Virus record (IMG/VR): IMGVR_UViG_3300023172_003539
Coordinates: 1 to 64,000 of that record
Reading direction: 5' to 3' (one strand)
From: a virus
Taxonomy: Duplodnaviria > Caudoviricetes
DNA: 64,000 bases
Positions within the stretch are counted from its first letter, which is position 1, and the number at the start of each line of letters is the position of its first letter. The notes beneath the pieces are model-generated. The model searched no databases. It was not told where the DNA came from and saw only the letters and a program-made list of their open reading frames with translations. This document shows positions 55,983 to 64,000 of the stretch, in pieces. The position numbers and the translations under genes are program-made.

Positions 55983-56901
55983 AATAGTATTCTAGTCCTT
56001 GATCAAAAGTTGTTTCTGGTTGATAATTCAATAATTTTTTGGCTCTGGATATATCCAATGTTCCTCTACGAGGATAAAGTTTATGAGCACCTGTATCAAC
56101 TATATCACTCTTACTGCCTGTGAGTTCTATGATCTTTTCTGCCGCCACACGTAATGATGTGGCATTGCCCGCAGTAATATTGAAACTTTGATTGGCTTCG
56201 TCTGATAATGTTGCTTTTATGATACCTTCTGCTGTGTCATTGATATAAGTAAAATCTACTTTGTTGTCACCATCGTGTACTTCTATTGTTTCGTTATTCA
56301 TTGCTTTCTGGAAAAATTTACTTAATACCCTGTCTTCCATGTCTCCTGGACCATAGACTCCGCTCGGTCTTACTATTGCATAATTTATTTTATGTTGAGC
56401 GTGATAATGTTTGACGAATCGTTCCGCAGTTAATTTAGATTCTCCATATAAATTGTTCGGTTTGGTATCTGCGTCTTCTTTGGTTCCATCGGAGAAGTGT
56501 CCGTATATCATTGACGAACTAACAAACACAAACTTTTTCACAGGCATATATTGGCAATGAGAAAGAAGATTTACTGTTCCTCCTATAATATTTTGTACTC
56601 CCACCCACGGATTATTGTTTACTATTTTTGCTCTAGGATATGATGCTAGGTGTATCACATAATCTGGTCTATTTTTAAAAGCAGACAATACATCATCTTG
56701 TTTTGTTACATCTCCGTTTTTACAATAAACGTTTTTCCAGTTTCTCTGTCTCCAAGAATATAATTTTTCGAGATCTTTTTCCGAAATCACTCCATATGTT
56801 TCTTTATTATCCATTACTATAACACTATGATTCATTTCAATTAATCTTTCAACAATCCTAGATCCTATAAAACCATAACCTCCTGTGACTAAAATTCTCA
56901 T
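55957..56901 (-). CDS. NAD-dependent nucleotide-sugar epimerase/dehydratase
   Basis: TGGYGFIGS, SSSMIYG, YGESK, RP..VYGP. Confidence 0.93.
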   Translation of the reverse strand: MRILVTGGYGFIGSRIVERLIEMNHSVIVMDNKETYGVISEKDLEKLYSWRQRNWKNVYCKNGDVTKQDDVLSAFKNRPDYVIHLASYPRAKIVNNNPWVGVQNIIGGTVNLLSHCQYMPVKKFVFVSSSMIYGHFSDGTKEDADTKPNNLYGESKLTAERFVKHYHAQHKINYAIVRPSGVYGPGDMEDRVLSKFFQKAMNNETIEVHDGDNKVDFTYINDTAEGIIKATLSDEANQSFNITAGNATSLRVAAEKIIELTGSKSDIVDTGAHKLYPRRGTLDISRAKKLLNYQPETTFDQGLEYYYEWLQNKI

Positions 56902-58385
56902 AAAACTTTTACTCCATATTTGTTGGTAAATGCTTTACCATCATCTTTGTCATTTACTATAGGTTGTCCTTTTATATTCAAACTGGTGTTAAGCAGTATA
57001 GGGCAACCTGTTTTCTTTTTCCATTGCGTAAGCAATTCATAAAAACCTGGATTGTCTGCTTTAGACACTGTTTGAACCCTACTCGTGTTATCGTAGTGTA
57101 TTATGGCAGGAAAGTCTTTACCATGCGTACAAACCGCTGTGTGTTGCATATAAGGGGTGTTTTTAACACCTTTAGGTAGGGTAAAATACTCGTTCACATC
57201 CTCTTCTAATATGGCTGGTGCGAATGGTCTAAACTTCTGTCTTTTTTTAATACCATTTACCAAATCCTTGATTTTTGATCCTCTAGGATCAGCAAGTAAT
57301 GATCTATTACCAAGTGCTCTTGGTCCAAACTCCGCCCGACCATTGGCCACTCCCACCATTTTATTTTCCAACAATTCCTTTATGAGAGCATCCACAGGAT
57401 ATTCACCCTCTATGTTCGTGCCCAAAAATGGATGTTTCCAATTTAGGTGTCTGTGCATCGAAGCGGCTATACAACCCAACGAACTACCCGCATCTCCGGG
57501 ATTGGGCATGATCCATGATTTATCGTATATTTTCTTGTTCATTAAAATTGCATTGGCCACACAATTCAATGCCACGCCTCCACCATAACATAAATTACGA
57601 CTTTCACCATATTTGCTCACAGCACGTTGTCCGTCTGGTATGTAAGTCGTACTCCATTGCCATATATGAGTGAGTGCTTCTTGTATGACTTTTTGAATGG
57701 ATGCGGCAAGATCCATGGGATCCGCTTCCGGTAACCAATTTCCTATTCCTCTGTGTAAATTTCTTTTTAATTCCAGAGTTCGATAATCCAACAATTCATT
57801 GTAGATATTATCTCGGTACTTTGGTGTTCCGTATGCTGACATTCCCATCAATATGTATTCTTCCTCTGCGGGTTTCAATCCAACTCTTTGTGTAAAAGCA
57901 GAATATAAGATTCCCAGTGAATGAGGATATTCCATGCTTTCCAGTTTTTCTATTTCGTTGCCTTTGGCTTTCCATATAGTCATAGTTTCCCATTCTCCTA
58001 TGGCATCCACACACAACACCATGGAATCTGTAAAGGGCGATGTGAAAAAACTTCCGGCCGCATGCGAATGATGATGATCTACATACTGGTCAATTTTGAT
58101 TCCAAACTGTTTTAAATGTTCCGATGGCAGATTCTGTGTTGTAAAAACTTCCGACCATTGTCCCGCTCTAATCTGTCGTCTCTTTTTTAACCATGGTTTT
58201 TCATAATACACCACTTTGTCAAAAGGACCATAACTCATTGCCTCGTTCACTATCCCCCAGTTCAGGTGATGATCATTTTTTATCTTGCTGTATCTCTCGC
58301 TATGTGCGGCCCATAGAATATCTCGGCCGTCAACCACAGCCATGGCGGCATCATGATTCATACAATTTATTCCTAATATTCTCAT
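56898..58385 (-). CDS. Carbamoyltransferase (NodU/CmcH/TobZ family)
   Basis: HDAA, HHHSHAA, DAIGE, SLG, MGMSAYG, GGVALNC, GDAG, EFGPRALGNRS, FRPFAP, SRVQTV, LNTSLN. Confidence 0.96.
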   Translation of the reverse strand: MRILGINCMNHDAAMAVVDGRDILWAAHSERYSKIKNDHHLNWGIVNEAMSYGPFDKVVYYEKPWLKKRRQIRAGQWSEVFTTQNLPSEHLKQFGIKIDQYVDHHHSHAAGSFFTSPFTDSMVLCVDAIGEWETMTIWKAKGNEIEKLESMEYPHSLGILYSAFTQRVGLKPAEEEYILMGMSAYGTPKYRDNIYNELLDYRTLELKRNLHRGIGNWLPEADPMDLAASIQKVIQEALTHIWQWSTTYIPDGQRAVSKYGESRNLCYGGGVALNCVANAILMNKKIYDKSWIMPNPGDAGSSLGCIAASMHRHLNWKHPFLGTNIEGEYPVDALIKELLENKMVGVANGRAEFGPRALGNRSLLADPRGSKIKDLVNGIKKRQKFRPFAPAILEEDVNEYFTLPKGVKNTPYMQHTAVCTHGKDFPAIIHYDNTSRVQTVSKADNPGFYELLTQWKKKTGCPILLNTSLNIKGQPIVNDKDDGKAFTNKYGVKVL

Positions 58386-58765
58386 AAAGATTCTATATAT
58401 TTTTTTAATTCTTTATCCTGTACATCGGTAGGTATTTCATTTTTGTAAAATATCCTATAACTATCACTGCCATATTTTCCTATTCCGTGTAGATCCGACG
58501 CATCTTCACCATTCCAGTTTAAAAATTGCTCGCTCATTTTTCTCAATCTTTCCGATCTCACACGCCACATTCCCAAAGGTTTTAATAATTTTTGCTGTGC
58601 TGATAATCTACCTTTGAGATAACTTTTGGCATTCGGATATCGTTTGAATAATTCACTTAAAACACGTTTGGCTTGTTTTCTGTAAGTTTGATTGAGGCAG
58701 ATAACACCCACCATGTGTTGCCATTTGTTTTTGACCTGCTGTTGTACCATTAGATCTTCTCTCAT
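58382..58765 (-). CDS. MBD4-like HhH mismatch DNA glycosylase
   Basis: LNQT...LLKPLG...LHGIGKYGSDSYRIF...DKELKKY, close to the MBD4 catalytic domain pattern. Confidence 0.85.
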   Translation of the reverse strand: MREDLMVQQQVKNKWQHMVGVICLNQTYRKQAKRVLSELFKRYPNAKSYLKGRLSAQQKLLKPLGMWRVRSERLRKMSEQFLNWNGEDASDLHGIGKYGSDSYRIFYKNEIPTDVQDKELKKYIESL

Positions 58766-59127
58766 ATCAGTTCTCCACGATCACGCATCTGTTGTCTTAT
58801 ATTTGTTGCGGATATCTTTTGAGTTTCTTCATCTAACACTATTTCTTCTATTTTGTAACCCACACCCCTGCCATAACATATGTTTGTTATGTTGGGTACT
58901 AGTATCACTTTGAACTGCCCTTCAAACTTGGGATTGAGCCTTTCCTCAATATTTTTCTTAACAGTTTCAAAATCAAATGGATTGTCATCAACACCTTGCA
59001 CATCTCTGACCATTATCAATACCTGCCCTGTTTTTTTGTGTATCTCCTGGAACAATTTATAGTGCCCGTCATGGAACGGTTGCCATCTTCCTAGCATTTG
59101 TGCTGTTGGTTTTTTATTGTCCCACAT
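58762..59127 (-). CDS. HIGH-motif nucleotidyltransferase (cytidyltransferase-like)
   Basis: LGRWQPFHDGH...ISATNIR. Confidence 0.8.
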   Translation of the reverse strand: MWDNKKPTAQMLGRWQPFHDGHYKLFQEIHKKTGQVLIMVRDVQGVDDNPFDFETVKKNIEERLNPKFEGQFKVILVPNITNICYGRGVGYKIEEIVLDEETQKISATNIRQQMRDRGELI

Positions 59128-59551
59128 TTTTCTTCTCCCATATTATATCTCGTATTTCCTGTGTTATCAAAAATGCCCAAGTCTCAGCATCTTTTGATGT
59201 ACATCTAAAATCAAACGTTGTCGGTGGCTGAAAAAGTTTGTTGGTGTCCTCAAATCTACCCTCTTTGATTGTGTCCATCCATATCAGATAATCTGCTTTG
59301 AATTGTGCTCTTGTTTCTTCAGTGGGGCAAACAAAATCAGCGATCACAACTCTGCCTTTGTCTAACGCCTCTTCGGCGTACGTCCACATCCTCAGTGCTT
59401 GTCTCTTTCTGCCTTCGTCTGAGAAATCCCAATCATTGCATTCTTCTCTTATCTTGTCAGCATTTAGCCATACAGCATTCAACCTTGGTGCTATCATTTT
59501 TGCCAATGTAGTTTTGCCCGATCCGGGTAGTCCCATTATCAATATTTTCAT
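59114..59551 (-). CDS. Adenylylsulfate kinase-like P-loop kinase
   Basis: GLPGSGKTT, NADKIR, DFSDEGRKRQ, FVCP. Confidence 0.8.
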   Translation of the reverse strand: MKILIMGLPGSGKTTLAKMIAPRLNAVWLNADKIREECNDWDFSDEGRKRQALRMWTYAEEALDKGRVVIADFVCPTEETRAQFKADYLIWMDTIKEGRFEDTNKLFQPPTTFDFRCTSKDAETWAFLITQEIRDIIWEKKNVGQ

Positions 59552-60111
59552 TTTAGTTTAAAAAACCCTTTCGCTCTTTCTAAATACTTGTTCCATTGTT
59601 CCAGTGTAATGTCATATTCAAAATTTTGTGTTGTGTCGTTGCGTTGTAATAGTTTTGCTCCGTTCTTTATATGAAACCTTTCGGCCATTTCTGTCAAAGG
59701 ACTTAAAGTGACTAATCTTTCTATGTGTTGTTCTCTTTTAAATTTTTTAAAAATTTCGTTTAATATGTGTTTTCCGCCACCTTTCATTTTGGCCCAAACT
59801 GTATAAGCAACTGCTATTTTTCCCACTATGCCTGCCCGCAACACCGACGGACCGGCCGCATCACGACTCAACATATCTAGTTCTTCGACTGTTGTGGGGA
59901 TTTCATTTGTGAATGCTATGCATATGATTGCCATGATATCACCATTTTTGTTTTTGAGTCCATAAATTTTTCTTCCGTAGATAGTACGAAATGTGAGAGA
60001 CAATTCCGGTCTCACCGGATCCTCTGTTATATCTATATCATTCATTTCGATCAAATTAAATTTAGAATTCTTTCGAAAAATATTGTTTATTTTTTCTTTT
60101 AATTTTTCCAT
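59548..60111 (-). CDS. Hypothetical protein, possible GNAT fold
   Basis: AVAYTVW...GGGK...VTLSP...A.RFH.KNG. Confidence 0.6.
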   Translation of the reverse strand: MEKLKEKINNIFRKNSKFNLIEMNDIDITEDPVRPELSLTFRTIYGRKIYGLKNKNGDIMAIICIAFTNEIPTTVEELDMLSRDAAGPSVLRAGIVGKIAVAYTVWAKMKGGGKHILNEIFKKFKREQHIERLVTLSPLTEMAERFHIKNGAKLLQRNDTTQNFEYDITLEQWNKYLERAKGFFKLK

Positions 60112-60761
60112 TTTGTAAAAACTACTTCTTTTTTTCTTGATCTTCCAAATTCTTTATATCCCACACTGTCTAAAAACTCTATTATTTGTTTTCCTTTTCT
60201 TCTTTGTGCTTCATTTTTATGTTCTATTTCCACGTTCAATACACAGTCATTATTTCGTAGTGTTTCTTCGCCGCCTAATAAGATGTCGTATTCACTGCCT
60301 TGTGTATCAATCTTTATTAGATCAACATCGGTAAATTTAAAATCATCTAATTTTTTTACTTGTAATTCAGATTTATCAACATTATCTTCAAATATTTGAT
60401 CTCTAAAAAAACTATGTCCTCCTGATGTTGTAGGACTGATATAAAATTCTTTGACTTCTTCTTTACTACCTAAACCAACTTCATGTAAAGTGAAGTTTTT
60501 ATAGGTTTTTAAATTTTCTTTAAGACATTTAATATTTGACGGATCCGGTTCAAAAATTATCACTTCATTGAACTTATTACAAAAATCTTTGCTCCAAAAT
60601 CCAATATTGCCACCTATATCAATTGCTTTTCGAAATTGTTTTACTCTGGCCAATGCATATTCTCGTTGAAGGCGTTGATACGTTGTTTCATTGTTGATAC
60701 GCATCCATTCTTCATAATGAACATCATAGTCTGGCAAAAACCAATTGTGTACTGTTTTCAT
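60099..60761 (-). CDS. FkbM family methyltransferase
   Basis: IDIGGNIG, FEP, LDD, IKIDTQGSE. Confidence 0.9.
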   Translation of the reverse strand: MKTVHNWFLPDYDVHYEEWMRINNETTYQRLQREYALARVKQFRKAIDIGGNIGFWSKDFCNKFNEVIIFEPDPSNIKCLKENLKTYKNFTLHEVGLGSKEEVKEFYISPTTSGGHSFFRDQIFEDNVDKSELQVKKLDDFKFTDVDLIKIDTQGSEYDILLGGEETLRNNDCVLNVEIEHKNEAQRRKGKQIIEFLDSVGYKEFGRSRKKEVVFTKWKN

Positions 60762-60762
60762 T

Positions 60763-60867
60763 TTACTTGTAAATAAAAGGGTCTTTTTTCTTTAATTCTT
60801 TTAGTCTTTTTCTATAAGCAATTTGTTGCTTTACTTTATCAATCAAAGACCTAATCCATTTGATCAT
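60763..60867 (-). CDS. 34-aa basic amphipathic peptide ending DPFIYK, not in ORF track
   Basis: MIKWIRSLIDKVKQQIAYRKRLKELKKKDPFIYK; AGGAG SD; overlaps the SGNH gene end and abuts the FkbM start. Confidence 0.75.
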   Translation of the reverse strand: MIKWIRSLIDKVKQQIAYRKRLKELKKKDPFIYK

Positions 60868-61660
60868 TTTTTTCTCCTATTATTTTTTTAAATTCGGGTA
60901 ACATTAACATTATAGCATCTTTATGTGCTTGGTCAAGCGGATGAGTTGATGCTCTCGGATAGTCATTTAAAAGTGCCCATTGGTTAAATCCCATATGCCT
61001 GTCTCCAAAAGTGAACCATTTGGTAAAATCTATTTCTTTTAAAAGATTTTTTAATAATTTGTCGTTTTGGTATAATAATTCAAATTCTTCCCAGAATAAT
61101 GTGTTATCGGCGAGTGTAAACATAAATGGTATTTTCTTTTTTTCTAATATATTTTGTAACCAAACGATGCTTTTCCAACTTAGATATGTTTCATGATAAC
61201 GATTTGCCGCATTCTTATAAAGTGAATCGGCAAATGCTGTGACTTTCGCATCAGAAAACTCTTTTCTTCTTTTTTTAAAATCTCGTATTACTGAATCATT
61301 ACCTATCAAAGTTTTTAATACTTCTGCTTCGTTTTCTGTACAGTCCCAGGGGGTTATAGTGGCCCAACGAGTATCTTCTAATATGTTATGTCTAGGCATC
61401 GCCCAATCATAACGTGAAGGAAAAGTCCACATGACAGTCACAGCAACCTTTCTGTTATCGTTGTCCGAAACTGCGTTGAACACCCTTCTGGCTATACCGG
61501 AGTTCCCTAACCCTCCTTTTGCCGAATTGACAAAATCCATGCCTGTTTGTTGTGACAACAATGCCGCCCATGACATTTTTGAAGGATTGATACCATCGTC
61601 GTCAGATAATTCGTTACCAAATGTAAAACTACAACCACCTGCTACCAATACGTCACTCAT
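60851..61660 (-). CDS. SGNH/GDSL-like hydrolase/transferase
   Basis: Block I GCSFTFG, block II NSAKGG.GN, block V THP...H. Confidence 0.75.
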   Translation of the reverse strand: MSDVLVAGGCSFTFGNELSDDDGINPSKMSWAALLSQQTGMDFVNSAKGGLGNSGIARRVFNAVSDNDNRKVAVTVMWTFPSRYDWAMPRHNILEDTRWATITPWDCTENEAEVLKTLIGNDSVIRDFKKRRKEFSDAKVTAFADSLYKNAANRYHETYLSWKSIVWLQNILEKKKIPFMFTLADNTLFWEEFELLYQNDKLLKNLLKEIDFTKWFTFGDRHMGFNQWALLNDYPRASTHPLDQAHKDAIMLMLPEFKKIIGEKNDQMD

Positions 61661-62852
61661 AAATCTTTAATAGATTATTTAAATCCTTAAAAGTTTCTCC
61701 AAAATTTTCTTTCCTGACGGAATCGATTGATTTTATTTTTTCAGTTAATGCTTTTTTCCAATCCTTAATCTTGTAGTCAGGTTCTCCGTTAATATAGTCA
61801 ATAGCCGTCTGTATTTCTTGTTGGTATATTTCAGTTTTTCTAAGTTTGTCAATTATCTGTTGCTTGAGCTCTCTAGGAATCTGTTGTATATCAAACTCCA
61901 CAGGATGATGCAATATGTTTATGTACCAAAAATCTGGATTCCATTCTTTTACTTTATGTGCTAACTCGTCAATGTTCCATATGTTAAAAAAATTTAGAGT
62001 TGTGCATATCTGCGTAGAAAGATTTTTTAATCCTGAATTTAAAAATCGATTTATGTTTGAATCAACTTCTGTCCATACAGCAGGATGTCTTTGATACTCA
62101 AAACGTTTTTCAATATCGTCAATGCTGAATGCTATTTCTACCCTTTTAAAATGTGGCCAAATGTCTTTTACTGCTTCTTCCGGATACTGTGTACCATTGG
62201 TGTTGTAATGAACTTCTATTTTATCTGCCACTCCTGCTTCCACACACTTACGTAAAATTGAAAATTGCTCTTTTATCATTAATGGCTCTCCGCCCGTGAT
62301 CTCAAAAAATCTTATCGAGTCTATGTGCTTCTCTAGATCTTCATAAAATTTGTTAGGCTGTCTTGGCCATAATCCATCTCGATTGAATTTTTTCCAATAG
62401 TCTTTTCTGTTTGGGTCTATCCTGATCATGTCGTTCGTCCATTGAGAACTTGAGTGAGGCGAACATATTCTACATTTTAGATTACAAATATTCCCTAACT
62501 TTAAATCAATAAATCTAGGCGAAACTATATTTTTTTGTATATGAGTTTGACCTATTACTCCTGCCTTTAACCACATATGTTGTCTCTTTGAAGTTTTACC
62601 TACTGCTTCTTCTTTCCAACAACTGCTACAACTACTGGGTTTTTCTCCATTTAAAAATTGTTTTCTCAAATCATCCATGGCATCGGAATTCATTACTTCC
62701 GATATCGAATGTTCCGTTGTATTGTATTTTTTCCCGGAAGTGTCTTTTAATTCTTCCCTATACAAACAGCAAGGCTTGTACCTGCCATCGGGCCTAGTTT
62801 CTAAACTAGTCCATGGAAGATGACACATATTACTTTTTAAATATTTTTCCAC
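61653..62852 (-). CDS. Radical SAM protein with N-terminal twitch/SPASM-like Cys cluster
   Basis: CHLPW...PCC...CSSCW; CNLKCRIC; GGEP; YNTNGT; SID. Confidence 0.9.
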   Translation of the reverse strand: MEKYLKSNMCHLPWTSLETRPDGRYKPCCLYREELKDTSGKKYNTTEHSISEVMNSDAMDDLRKQFLNGEKPSSCSSCWKEEAVGKTSKRQHMWLKAGVIGQTHIQKNIVSPRFIDLKLGNICNLKCRICSPHSSSQWTNDMIRIDPNRKDYWKKFNRDGLWPRQPNKFYEDLEKHIDSIRFFEITGGEPLMIKEQFSILRKCVEAGVADKIEVHYNTNGTQYPEEAVKDIWPHFKRVEIAFSIDDIEKRFEYQRHPAVWTEVDSNINRFLNSGLKNLSTQICTTLNFFNIWNIDELAHKVKEWNPDFWYINILHHPVEFDIQQIPRELKQQIIDKLRKTEIYQQEIQTAIDYINGEPDYKIKDWKKALTEKIKSIDSVRKENFGETFKDLNNLLKIYE

Positions 62853-64000
62853 CAGTCTAATATCCTTTTATCTTTTTCAAGTATTTTTGTTATGTCTTGA
62901 TTCCTTAATTTATCGATTGATTCTTGTCTGCTCTTACCACTCTTTTTTCCCCTGAAAGCATCAAATCCCAAAAACATATCATCGATATTTTCTCTCATCT
63001 TTAAATTTTTGAGAGTGTCTATCAATGCCTGTTGTTTTCTGTTTGCCTTTGGTTCCATGTATTCTAATGCTTCATCTATAATTTCGCACATGAGTTCTCT
63101 AGGCAATGCCAACGGACTCAACACAGCCGATGCACTAAAAGTGAACATCACTTTGGTCAATATTTCTACATCTAATTCCTGGCTCAGATCAAACATATTT
63201 TTTAATTCTAATAATCCTGGCATTGTGATTGTGAAATCTAATCTCATTTCCCTTGATGTTTTTGCTACCGCCAATCCTTTTTTAAAATTACCTAACCATT
63301 CTTTGTAATTCAATCCATCACGTATGTATTCTCCCACATCTCCTGTTCCGTCGATCGAAGCACATATTTGCCAATCCTGAAACTGTGGCAACAACTTAAA
63401 AAGATCAATATTCTTAAATGTTGTTCTACTTAAATTGGTATTATATCTAACATAAACATCCTTTGAAAATCCCAAATCAATTATCCTTTGCATACTGTTC
63501 CAGTGTATTTCCCACATCAACGGTTCTCCGCCACACCAATATATTTCTTTTATTTTTTTTGTTTCTATCGCATCAGTAAACTCTTGTACTATTTGTGTGT
63601 CTTGAAAATTTTTAATTTGTTCACGCAACGGAGAAGCCATCCATGGTTGAGAATCTTCGTTCCATGTTTTGTTTTTCCTCGACTCGGCTTCCCAACTGGA
63701 ACTCAACATATCTCCGCACATTCTACATTTGAAATTACATAGATTATTAAATCTATAATCAAAACTTATCGTAGGCATTGTGGTTGCTCCGTTTTCGTCT
63801 GTGCTTTCAAATGCTTCGTCTATTTTATTAGCAAAGAGTTTGTTCCAATAAGATCTATAGACATTTGTATTCAACAGTTTATGATCACATACCTGGCATT
63901 CGGATAATTCTTCTCCGGCTAGCATTCTTCGTCTCACAGAACGCATATGTTCTGAATTCCAATGTTCTTCTAACGTTAGAGGTTTATACTCATTGGCATC
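62837..64000 (-). CDS. Radical SAM protein with twitch-like domain, 5'-truncated by window edge
   Basis: Frame open to base 64000; CQVC; CNFKCRMC; GGEP; YNTN; SIDG; YIRDG. Confidence 0.9.
   Translation of the reverse strand, partial: DANEYKPLTLEEHWNSEHMRSVRRRMLAGEELSECQVCDHKLLNTNVYRSYWNKLFANKIDEAFESTDENGATTMPTISFDYRFNNLCNFKCRMCGDMLSSSWEAESRKNKTWNEDSQPWMASPLREQIKNFQDTQIVQEFTDAIETKKIKEIYWCGGEPLMWEIHWNSMQRIIDLGFSKDVYVRYNTNLSRTTFKNIDLFKLLPQFQDWQICASIDGTGDVGEYIRDGLNYKEWLGNFKKGLAVAKTSREMRLDFTITMPGLLELKNMFDLSQELDVEILTKVMFTFSASAVLSPLALPRELMCEIIDEALEYMEPKANRKQQALIDTLKNLKMRENIDDMFLGFDAFRGKKSGKSRQESIDKLRNQDITKILEKDKRILDWWKNI

Noticed and set aside
1-64000. Bacterial chromosome origin (clpA, dnaJ, trxB, galE, guaC present); also tRNA, CRISPR, intron/intein, transposase or alternative genetic code
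   Set aside because: T4-like PolB, clamp loader, RNase H, late promoters and lysis cassette indicate a phage. Intergenic gaps are too short and show no cloverleaf or repeat-spacer pattern by eye. Core genes are uninterrupted under the standard code

Overview
A gene-dense, AT-rich 64-kb segment of a large T4-like (probably myovirus-type) bacteriophage genome. TrxB and several small proteins look alphaproteobacterial, so a marine SAR11-like host is plausible (inference). From left to right it holds: the tail end of a virion-structure block; a stand-alone DnaE palm fragment; GroES; the clamp loader; PhoH; a lysis cassette (M15 endolysin, two spanin-like proteins, holin candidates); DnaJ-peptide deformylase-ClpA; a late-promoter block of small proteins sharing an M-[KR]-I-x-E N-terminus (candidate capsid-packaged proteins); a family B DNA polymerase and sliding clamp; a 7-deazaguanine DNA-modification region (TGT/DpdA-like, DpdL-like T-fold, glycosyltransferase, GalE, FolE, GuaC, PRTase, YhhQ, amidinotransferase, QueE) interleaved with redox genes; RNase H; a MoxR/VWA pair; and a convergent minus-strand glycan-tailoring island (radical SAMs, SGNH protein, a 34-aa DPFIYK peptide, FkbM, split APS kinase/nucleotidyltransferase, MBD4-like glycosylase, carbamoyltransferase, epimerase, DegT). 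Three leads stand out. (1) The DpdA-like enzyme and the DNA polymerase end in the same N-x-F-x-x-L-F-E tail, suggesting clamp-tethered, co-replicative base exchange. (2) The deazaguanine base may be glycosylated or otherwise hypermodified. (3) A FIY-tyrosine peptide may shuttle carbamoyl groups to an SGNH transferase. No tRNA, rRNA, CRISPR array or transposase was seen. All calls come from reading motifs by eye; no database searches were run.
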